Positions 48,559-56,415 of a stretch of 64,000 bases of DNA are shown here, piece by piece. This DNA is from Candidatus Latescibacterota bacterium (lineage in GTDB: Bacteria > Latescibacterota > UBA2968 > GCA-2709665). The notes beneath the pieces were generated by a model. It saw only the letters and a program-made list of their open reading frames with translations, did not search any database and was not told the DNA's origin. A program made the translations under genes and the position numbers. Location of the stretch: NCBI GenBank assembly GCA_965237675.1, contig OZ250150.1, positions 3,360,001-3,424,000 of the forward strand. The letters are read 5' to 3'. The stretch's first letter is position 1. Each line of letters begins with the position of its first letter.

Positions 48559-49590
48559 ATGGACGCAAGGAGCAAACGCAAAATCAATTGGTACAGGTAT
48601 ACCCTGGACCGGGAAACGCTGAACGCCTTGAATCGACGCAGCGACTTCAAGGGGTTTTTACAGACCCTGGGTCACCTCGGCGTGCTCGCCCTCACGGGCG
48701 CCTTTGCCTGGTATGCATCGGAAAATCTCGCGCTGCCGTTCCTGATCGTGGCCCTGTTCCTGCATGGAACCGGCTACGCGTTCCTGCTGAACGGATTCCA
48801 CGAGTTCTGTCACGGCACGGTGTTCAAATCGAAATGGTTGAACGTGGTGTTTCTGAAGGTCTTCAGTTTTATGGGCTGGTACAATCCCGTTTTCTTCTGG
48901 ACAAGCCACTCGAAGCACCACCGTTATACTCTCCATCCGCCCGATGATATGGAAGTTGTGCTTCCGGTGGAGATAACGCTTGGGAGTTTTCTCAAGGCCG
49001 CGGTCGTCAATCCCTGGGGGTTGTACAACAGATTGAAGGGGGTCGTTCGCCTGAGTTTCGGTAATTTGGAGGGTCCATGGGAACGCACGCTGTTCCCCGA
49101 GTCGGATCGCGCTCTGCGGCGGCGCCTGTTCAACTGGGCCCGTATCCTGCTGGCGGGGCACACGGTGCTTGTGGGCTTGTCGCTATATCTGGGTCTGTGG
49201 ACGCTTCCGGTATTGATCACGCTGGCCCCGTTCTACGGTGGGTGGTTGCTATTCCTTTGCAACAATACGCAACACGTGGGCCTTCAGGACAACGTGCCGG
49301 ATTTCCGGTTGAATAGCCGGACGGTGATATTGAACCCCCTGTTTCGGTTTCTCTATTGGCATATGAATTACCACATCGAACATCATATGTTCGCCGCTGT
49401 TCCCTGCTATCATCTGGGAAAACTGCACAAGTTGATCAAGGCCGAAATGCCCGGGTGTCCGGTCGGCCTCGTAGCGTGCTGGACCGAGATTGTCGGCATT
49501 TTGAAAAAGCAGAAGGCGGACTCCCATTACCAGTTTGTACCGGATCTGCCAAGGCCGGTCGATAACTACGAGCCAAAGCCTGCTGATTGA
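48559..49590 (+). CDS. Membrane di-iron desaturase/oxygenase (MocD-like)
   Basis: His boxes HEFCH, HSKHH, HIEHH plus TM segments. Confidence 0.88.
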   Translation: MDARSKRKINWYRYTLDRETLNALNRRSDFKGFLQTLGHLGVLALTGAFAWYASENLALPFLIVALFLHGTGYAFLLNGFHEFCHGTVFKSKWLNVVFLKVFSFMGWYNPVFFWTSHSKHHRYTLHPPDDMEVVLPVEITLGSFLKAAVVNPWGLYNRLKGVVRLSFGNLEGPWERTLFPESDRALRRRLFNWARILLAGHTVLVGLSLYLGLWTLPVLITLAPFYGGWLLFLCNNTQHVGLQDNVPDFRLNSRTVILNPLFRFLYWHMNYHIEHHMFAAVPCYHLGKLHKLIKAEMPGCPVGLVACWTEIVGILKKQKADSHYQFVPDLPRPVDNYEPKPAD

Positions 49591-50828
49591 CCTCCTCTTT
49601 CAAAACCCCATTCCTCGAAGGACCTATTGCCACCGTGGCCGACCGCCCGAAGATCGCCGCCATTGTTACCGAGTACCGCAAGTACTCCCACGCCCAGCAC
49701 ATCTGCGACCGCTTTCTCGAAGGTTACGGATGGAACGGCCGGCATCACCGCGCGCCCATGGACCTGGTTTCGCTGTACGTAGACCAGCGCCCCGAAGGCG
49801 ACCTGAGCCGCGAACGGGCTGCCCGGTTTCCCGGCATGGTTATCTATCCCACCGTGGGCGACGCCCTGACTCTGGGCGGCAGTGAACTGGCCGTAGACGG
49901 GGTCCTGCTCGTGGGCGAACACGGCCAGTACGGCACCAACGAAAAGGGACAGCACCTCTATCCGCGTTACGAGTTGTTCAAGCAGATCGCGGCGGTGTAC
50001 CGCACCTCGGGCAGGTGCGCGCCGGTTTTCAACGACAAGCATCTGTCGTGGCGCTGGGAGTGGGCTAGGGAGATGTACGATATATCTCTGGAGATGGGGT
50101 TCGCCTTTATGGCCGGTTCGTCGCTCCCGGTGACGTGGCGCACGCCCTCCATCGACATGCCGCTGGACGCCCGCGTGACGGAAGCCATGTGTATCGGCTA
50201 CGGCGGGGTGGACAGCTACGATTTCCACGCTCTGGAGACCCTGCAGTGTATGGTCGAGCGACGCAGGGGCGGCGAAAGCGGCGTGCGCTGGATCGACACC
50301 TACCGCGGCGAGCGCTTCTGGCAAGCGCACCACGACTGCGTCTGGTCTCGGGAGTTGTTCGGGGCCTGCCTGGCGCGCAGTCATACGCTCACGCCGGCCC
50401 GCGCCGGGTTCAACCACGTGTTTCCGACCCTGGACGAGATGAAAACGCTCGAGGAGGATCCCATTGCCTATCGGTACGAGCACCACGACGGCCTGCTATC
50501 AACCATGATTCTGCTCAACGGTCTGGTGCGGGACTTCAATTTCGCGGCGTACCTGCCAGGGCGGGGTGAACCCCTGTCCACACAGATGTACCTGCCCATG
50601 CCGCCGGCGCACACGACGCTGGCGAATTTCTTCTCGCCTCAGGTTAACAACGTGGAGAAGATGTTCCTCACCGGAAAGGCCACGTACCCCGTCGAGCGCA
50701 CCCTGCTTACAACGGGACTCGTGGCCGCCGCCGTGGACAGTCTGAACCAGGACCAGGTCCGTATTTCCACACCGCATCTCCGCGTACCGTACAGGCCCAA
50801 CCCCGAATCGACCTTCTGGAGAACATAA
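49587..50828 (+). CDS. Uncharacterised Gfo/Idh/MocA-like protein, paralogue 1
   Basis: SHAQHI, DGVLLVGEHG, NDKHLS, AGSSLPV, YDFHALE. Confidence 0.8.
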   Translation: MTSSFKTPFLEGPIATVADRPKIAAIVTEYRKYSHAQHICDRFLEGYGWNGRHHRAPMDLVSLYVDQRPEGDLSRERAARFPGMVIYPTVGDALTLGGSELAVDGVLLVGEHGQYGTNEKGQHLYPRYELFKQIAAVYRTSGRCAPVFNDKHLSWRWEWAREMYDISLEMGFAFMAGSSLPVTWRTPSIDMPLDARVTEAMCIGYGGVDSYDFHALETLQCMVERRRGGESGVRWIDTYRGERFWQAHHDCVWSRELFGACLARSHTLTPARAGFNHVFPTLDEMKTLEEDPIAYRYEHHDGLLSTMILLNGLVRDFNFAAYLPGRGEPLSTQMYLPMPPAHTTLANFFSPQVNNVEKMFLTGKATYPVERTLLTTGLVAAAVDSLNQDQVRISTPHLRVPYRPNPESTFWRT

Positions 50829-52043
50829 GTGGCCCGTCCCGGAGAACAGGCCGCGCCGGGCGCCGCGCCCAGGCGTCTTGCCGTAGTCACCACCATCTAT
50901 CGTTATCTCTCTCACGCGCAACACATCGCGGACCGTTTTCTGGTCGGGTATCCGTATGAAGGGCGGTGGCGGCGGCCAAATATGCGTATCGCATCGCTCC
51001 ACGTCGACCAGAAGCCCGAGGGCGATCAGAGCGGAGACCGCGCAAGAGAGTTCGGGTTTGACGTGCACGACACCGTAGCCGGGGCGCTGCGCTGCGGCAC
51101 CGACCGGTTGGCCGTGGATGCGGTGCTGATCATCGGAGAGCACGGCGAGTACCCGAAGAATGACAAAGGGCAGATCCTGTACCCAAGACATGAATTTTTC
51201 AAAGAATGCGTGGAAGTCTTTGAACAGGACGGCGTTGCCGTGCCGGTATTTAACGATAAGCATCTCTCCTATAGCTTTGAGAAAGCCAGCGAAATGGTGG
51301 CGGATTCCCGCCGTCTCGGCTTCCCCCTTCTGGCCGGGTCGTCCCTGCCGGTGACCTATCGGCTCCCCGACGTGGAGTTGCCGCTGGATTGCCGGATTGA
51401 CGAGGCCCTGATGGTAGGGGTGGGCGGCTCGGACGCCATGGACTATCACGCGCTGGAGGGCATGCAGTGCATGGTCGAACGCAGGCGGGGAGGGGAAACC
51501 GGCGTCATGGCCGTGCAAATGCTAGAAGGCGACGCGGTCTGGCGGGCCGGCGAGGAGGGCCGCTGGTCCCGGGAACTGCTGGAGGCGGCCCTTTCGCGAA
51601 GCGATACGCCCTGCGGCCTGCCCGAAGAGGACGGCCGAACACTGGATTTGCTGGGCAACGGCGAGTTGCCGCGTCTCGCAAAGAATCCGGCGGCCTATTT
51701 CATCGAGTACCGCGACGGTTTGCGGGGTACCCTGCTCATGCTCAACGGTGCGCTGCGCGACTATTGTTTTGCGGCGCGGGTGGAAGGGTATGACGCGCCG
51801 GTATCCACACAGTTTTTCCTTTCACCCACGCCAAACGTCACCTATTCGGCCTGCCTGGTCGCCAAGATTGTGGAGATGATCGAAAACGGACGGGCCCCCT
51901 TCCCGCCCGAACGCACGCTGATCGTCTGCGGCATTCTGGAAAGCTGCCTCGACTCCAGAGTTCAGGGTCACCGACGCCTGGAGACACCCCATATCGACGT
52001 GGCGTACCGTCCTCCCGAGGAGTCGCATCACGCGCGGGCCTGA
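50829..52043 (+). CDS. Uncharacterised Gfo/Idh/MocA-like protein, paralogue 2
   Basis: Same motifs as the upstream gene (SHAQHI, NDKHLS, AGSSLPV, DYHALE); abuts its stop codon. Confidence 0.8.
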   Translation: MARPGEQAAPGAAPRRLAVVTTIYRYLSHAQHIADRFLVGYPYEGRWRRPNMRIASLHVDQKPEGDQSGDRAREFGFDVHDTVAGALRCGTDRLAVDAVLIIGEHGEYPKNDKGQILYPRHEFFKECVEVFEQDGVAVPVFNDKHLSYSFEKASEMVADSRRLGFPLLAGSSLPVTYRLPDVELPLDCRIDEALMVGVGGSDAMDYHALEGMQCMVERRRGGETGVMAVQMLEGDAVWRAGEEGRWSRELLEAALSRSDTPCGLPEEDGRTLDLLGNGELPRLAKNPAAYFIEYRDGLRGTLLMLNGALRDYCFAARVEGYDAPVSTQFFLSPTPNVTYSACLVAKIVEMIENGRAPFPPERTLIVCGILESCLDSRVQGHRRLETPHIDVAYRPPEESHHARA

Positions 52044-52192
52044 TCCTACCGATCACTCCGTACCCGCATGGTTTTCTGAGGGCGAGACGTAAGACGCAAT
52101 ACAGCGGCGTGCGGGGTGGTTCTCTCACGTCTTCCCTCTTGCTTCTAACCGAATAGTCGAATTTTTTGTCCCTACTACAAAGGAGGTGTGCT

Positions 52193-53290
52193 ATGAAAAT
52201 GCAGGCGTCGGTGTTGTTGGAGCCGCTTAAGCCGCTGGTGGTAGAGGATCTGGATCTGGAGGGGCCGAGGCAGGATGAGGTGATGGTGCGGATGGTGGCC
52301 AGCGGGGTGTGTCACAGTTGTCTGCACGTTGTGGATGGGGGCTGGAAGGGGTTCCCGATGCCCATGGTGCTGGGCGATGAAGGGGCCGGTGTGGTGGAGG
52401 AGGTGGGGCCGGGCGTGACGCACGTGAAACCGGGCGATCACGTGATCCTCTCGTGGTCGCCGACCTGCGGACGCTGTCACTACTGTGTCACCGGGCTTTC
52501 GCACCTGTGCGAACGCGGCGTTCCATCCAACGGTGTGTTGATGGATGGTACCTCGAGAATGAAATTGAGGGGCGAAACGGTCTACCACTATGGACCGGCG
52601 TGCAGCTTTTCGTCCTATTCGGTGATGCCGGCTTCGTGCGCGGTGCCCATACGCGAGGATATGCCGCTGGATGTGGCCGCGCTGATCGGGTGTTCGGTGA
52701 TGACGGGCGTGGGTTCGGTCATCAATACTGCTGCGGTGACACCGGGGGCGAGCATGGCGGTCTTCGGCGTGGGTGGAATCGGGCTGAACGTGGTTCAGGG
52801 CGGAACGCTCGTGCAGGCCCACCCCATTATCGCCGTGGACATCAATCCGGCGAAGCTCGAATATGCGAAGTCGTTCGGCGCGACCCACACGATCAATGCG
52901 GCGGAGGACAATCCCGTGGATGCGATCAGGGATCTGACGGGCCGGGGGTCCGATTACTCGTTCGTGGCCGTGGGTGAGCCGCGGGTAATCAACCAGGCGT
53001 GGGACTGCCTGGCGCCCAGGGGCCAGTGCGTGCTGATCGGTCTGCCTCCGACCGGTTCAACGGTGACGTTCGATACGGGAAACCTCCAGGCGAACGAGCG
53101 AATCCTGCGGGGTTCCAAATACGGAAGCGCGAGGACGTGGGACGATTTTCCCCGGATGGTGGAGCTCTATCTGGCCGGAAAACTCAAAATCGACGAACTG
53201 GTGACCAAAAAATATGGCGTCGATGAAGCGAACGAGGCCTTCGATGCACTCACGGCCGGGGAGGTGGCACGGGGTCTGATCGTCTTTTGA
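52193..53290 (+). CDS. Zn-dependent alcohol dehydrogenase (MDR, class III-like)
   Basis: GVCHSC, GDEGAG, CGRCHYC......C, GC.V.TG.G, GVGGIG; SD AGGAGG. Confidence 0.93.
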   Translation: MKMQASVLLEPLKPLVVEDLDLEGPRQDEVMVRMVASGVCHSCLHVVDGGWKGFPMPMVLGDEGAGVVEEVGPGVTHVKPGDHVILSWSPTCGRCHYCVTGLSHLCERGVPSNGVLMDGTSRMKLRGETVYHYGPACSFSSYSVMPASCAVPIREDMPLDVAALIGCSVMTGVGSVINTAAVTPGASMAVFGVGGIGLNVVQGGTLVQAHPIIAVDINPAKLEYAKSFGATHTINAAEDNPVDAIRDLTGRGSDYSFVAVGEPRVINQAWDCLAPRGQCVLIGLPPTGSTVTFDTGNLQANERILRGSKYGSARTWDDFPRMVELYLAGKLKIDELVTKKYGVDEANEAFDALTAGEVARGLIVF

Positions 53291-53383
53291 TGGAGGCCGA
53301 CTGCGGCAGGCGGCCGGGCGGCGGGCAATGCGGTCACGGTAAGGGTTCGCGCCACAAGAAAGTCGACGTCTGGCTCGGCATTC

Positions 53384-54301
53384 CTATTCATTCGATCTGT
53401 CGTTCCGCCAGGACGGTGTCGTCCACGTGTTGAACCAGTTCCATTTCCATAGGACCCGCTTCGAGGGCAGTTCGATTTCGTATTCCACGCCTGCGGTGAA
53501 CGGCAATACTCGGGTTCTGGATCCAACGGCTTCTCGAATCCATTCGATGAACGCGCCGGCATCCGTGACGTTGGGTGGCCAGGTGCCGTGTGGGATCGGG
53601 TCCGACGCGCGGTCGGTGCGGTAGTGGATGGGGATGAAGAACTCCGGCTGGATGGCGTCGACGCATTGAAGGAGTTTGTCGGTGCGGTCCTCGCCTCCCC
53701 ATTCCGAGAGGCCCATCTTCATGTGGATAAGGTACGTGACCCGTCCACGCAGCTCCGCGAGCGCACGGTAGGGTTCGGTGAGATCGCCGGTATGTAGAAA
53801 AGAGACGCCGAGATCCCGGACGGTAACGAGGTATCCGCAGTTGGGCAGGTCCGGTCTCTGATTTTCACCGCTTTCGATAATGTCCACGTGGATGGGGCCT
53901 AGGTCCAGTTCACAGGGGCCGGGAAACGTGCGGGATTCCCCGCCGATGTGGCTCAGGTGCCGGGGAAAGAGAACCTGGACGCGGTTTGGATCCAGGTACT
54001 TGGTGATGGGCAGGTCCCGGTCGAAAGCGGCGTCGCCGTATTTTTCGTCCACGGGCTGGTCGGGGTCGCAGCACCCCGGGCTTACGTAGAGCTTCTTGAA
54101 CCGTTCACCACGGCAGAGCCTGCGCAGGGTGGCGGGGTGGCAGTGGTCGAAGTGTTCGTGGCTGATGAAGATGTAGTCGAGGTCCGGCGAAGCACCGGTC
54201 AGATGTTCTCCGAACAGGTATGGGTCAAAGGCAAAGTTGATCGCGTCGGTACGGACCTCGAAACCGCCGCAACCGGTCCATTTCAGAAAGATCGGGTTCA
54301 T
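53384..54301 (-). CDS. MBL-fold metallo-hydrolase (UlaG/UPF0173-like)
   Basis: FDPY, SHEHFDH, HTGD, IPIHY. Confidence 0.85.
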   Translation of the reverse strand: MNPIFLKWTGCGGFEVRTDAINFAFDPYLFGEHLTGASPDLDYIFISHEHFDHCHPATLRRLCRGERFKKLYVSPGCCDPDQPVDEKYGDAAFDRDLPITKYLDPNRVQVLFPRHLSHIGGESRTFPGPCELDLGPIHVDIIESGENQRPDLPNCGYLVTVRDLGVSFLHTGDLTEPYRALAELRGRVTYLIHMKMGLSEWGGEDRTDKLLQCVDAIQPEFFIPIHYRTDRASDPIPHGTWPPNVTDAGAFIEWIREAVGSRTRVLPFTAGVEYEIELPSKRVLWKWNWFNTWTTPSWRNDRSNE

Positions 54302-54495
54302 GGTGGACTCGTGACGGAGAAAGGGTGAAGAAGTACCCGGGCGCGCTTCCCGTTAACGATCACATACGGCCGCACGCCGGCGTTGGCAGAGACAGAAGGG
54401 CCCCTGTCCAGACAACATATCGATAGCGAATTGTAAAGCAAAGCGGATAATAGGGTGCATACGTGGCACAAAGCGCAGACACTCGCGCTGAACCG

Positions 54496-55098
54496 ATGCG
54501 CGGGCCCATCCATCCGTCCTGTTCGGACCACGAAAGAAGGCATAACTCTTCGATCCGTGCGACGAGGTGTTCGGCGCGCTCGAATGAGACCCATGCCGGT
54601 ACGTCGATCAGCCTCTTCGTCTACGGCACGCTCAAACGCGGGTACTCGAACCACGACAGTTATTGTCGGGGCGTGCGGGCGATTGAAAAGGCGCTGGTCC
54701 GCGGACACCTCTACATCAGGCCCGATCGCATCCCTTTTCTCGAGGTGCCGGAGCAGGATATCCTCGCGGAAGGAACCGCAGACCCCATCGCCGACGCGGC
54801 CGCGCAGGAACGCCTTTCCAGTCACATCGGACCTCCACAATTGGCCGAAAGCCCGCCCGGAAAGCCCGCGAGCGGCCGGGGCGTCGTGCACGGAGAATTG
54901 CTCGTATTCGACGATCCCGAAACCCGCCTGCCCGCCATCGACCGCCTGGAAGGCTTCCGGCCCGGCGGTCGAAGTCTTTACCGCCGGGTGCTGGTGCCGG
55001 TTCTTGTAAAGGAAACCTGGCGGGCGGCGTGGGTCTACGCGGTCGATACAAAGCCCCTCGAATGGCCCAGGCTGAACTCCGGGCGCTGGATGGGGTGA
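54496..55098 (+). CDS. Gamma-glutamylcyclotransferase (AIG2-like); start uncertain
   Basis: LFVYGTLKRG.SNH, VHGEL, IDRLEG, AWVY; best SD+ATG (54584) is out of frame. Confidence 0.8.
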   Translation: MRGPIHPSCSDHERRHNSSIRATRCSARSNETHAGTSISLFVYGTLKRGYSNHDSYCRGVRAIEKALVRGHLYIRPDRIPFLEVPEQDILAEGTADPIADAAAQERLSSHIGPPQLAESPPGKPASGRGVVHGELLVFDDPETRLPAIDRLEGFRPGGRSLYRRVLVPVLVKETWRAAWVYAVDTKPLEWPRLNSGRWMG

Positions 55099-55410
55099 TA
55101 GCACGACAACCGAAAGAAAGCGCCAATATTGATCCATGACAGGTACGATGCACGACGCCTTAGACGCAGGTGGCAATGGGATTTATTGACAACAAACCTT
55201 ATGGTCCCATTGCTGTATGCATGGGACTTCTCCTCTGCACGAGATGGGACGATGCAACCTCCATGCACACGGCGAAATCGGTTAATTGCGGATCGTCGGC
55301 CCGGTCGGACTGTTTTTGGTCGCATCGGCCGTTGGGCCGGACGTAACCCAAGCAGCGTTTAGCCAAACGATCAGCTAATACTTCGCTAGGGCTGGTATTG
55401 ACGGAGTCAA

Positions 55411-55647
55411 GTGATGCCATTCGTAAACCTGAATGAGGCCAAGACAAAACTCTCCCGCCTATTGGCACGAGTTGAAGCGGGTGAAGAGGTCGTGATTACC
55501 CAAGACGGTAACCCGATTGCGCGGCTCGTCCCCTATGAGACCCGTCCCGGAATCCGGCGGTTCGGCGCCATGAAGGGCCGGGTTGTGGTCGACGACAGAT
55601 TCTTGAAGCCACCCCCGGAGAAAGAGTTGGACGCCTGGGAGGCGTGA
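55411..55647 (+). CDS. Phd/YefM-family antitoxin
   Basis: VNLNEAKTKLSRLLARVEAGEEVVIT..G.PIARLVP; RRFGAMKG; F.KPPP..EL.AWE. Confidence 0.9.
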   Translation: MMPFVNLNEAKTKLSRLLARVEAGEEVVITQDGNPIARLVPYETRPGIRRFGAMKGRVVVDDRFLKPPPEKELDAWEA

Positions 55648-55651
55648 TTGC

Positions 55652-55699
55652 GTGCGCATTCGACTCGAAACGCATGCTTTTCTCTGTTGGCCTACCTGA
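55652..55699 (+). pseudogene. Truncated VapC/PIN toxin N-terminus
   Basis: GTG-RIRLETHAFLCWPT-stop resembles PIN start MRLLLDTHAFLW; directly after the antitoxin, SD GGAGG. Confidence 0.7.
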
Positions 55700-55738
55700 A
55701 AACAGGCTGCTGTCGAATCTGATCTAGTGAGTCGATTT

Positions 55739-55959
55739 GGGGCGTCCATTTCGGAGAGAACGTCGCTATCGACGATCCGGAAGCCCGCCTGTCCGGCGTC
55801 GGCCGCTTGGAAGGCTCCTGTCCCGGCGGTCGAAGTCTTTGTCGACGTGTACTCGTGCCGGTTTTTGTAAACGAAACCTGTGAGGTCGCCTGGGCCTACG
55901 TGGTCAAGAAAACGTCCACCGAATGGCCGAGACTGAATTCCGGTTGCTGGATGGGGTGG
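55739..55959 (+). pseudogene. Diverged duplicate of the GGCT 3' third (copy of 54878-55098)
   Basis: Colinear 221-bp copy at offset 861 bp; translates DDPEARL...RLEG..PGGRSL.RRVLVPV...AWAY...EWPRLNSG.WMG; no start codon. Confidence 0.85.
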
Positions 55960-56217
55960 AAAACGCCGTGAGTTAGATTCGTATCGCGACGGGATCAAAC
56001 CTGGATAAATTCCTCGTCACTGCGGACACCGAGCATAAGAAAGTTCGTGGAAACATAAGAAATCTTGTGGTCTCCTGGATTTGGAACGAAATTTCAACTC
56101 AAATATCCGGAACGGCGGCCGTCCTGAGCGGGAGATTGGAGATGTTTCGGGGCATATTTCGCGTGCAATTGGCAAGAGTGGACAATGGTAAGCTGTTTGC
56201 CTATATTAACTTCCCCG

Positions 56218-56415
56218 ATGGAACACGAATTACAAATGAAACGGTCTGGAAGCGAGGCAGGCGCCCGCATTGCGATTGACGAATTGCTACGGCAAGCCGA
56301 CTGGGACCCGGCGGACAAGTCGATGGTCCAATGTGACTTATTCGGTTGTCCACCTGCCTCTCCTTGGGAGTCGATTACAGCGTTTATCTCGAAGGATGTC
56401 CTTTATAGATGCTAA
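56218..56415 (+). pseudogene. Type I restriction HsdR N-terminal remnant
   Basis: SEAGARIAIDELLRQADWD matches the EcoKI/EcoAI-type HsdR start (E..AR..ID..L...GW), then diverges; upstream promoter TGGACA-17-TATATT (56179-56207). Confidence 0.6.
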
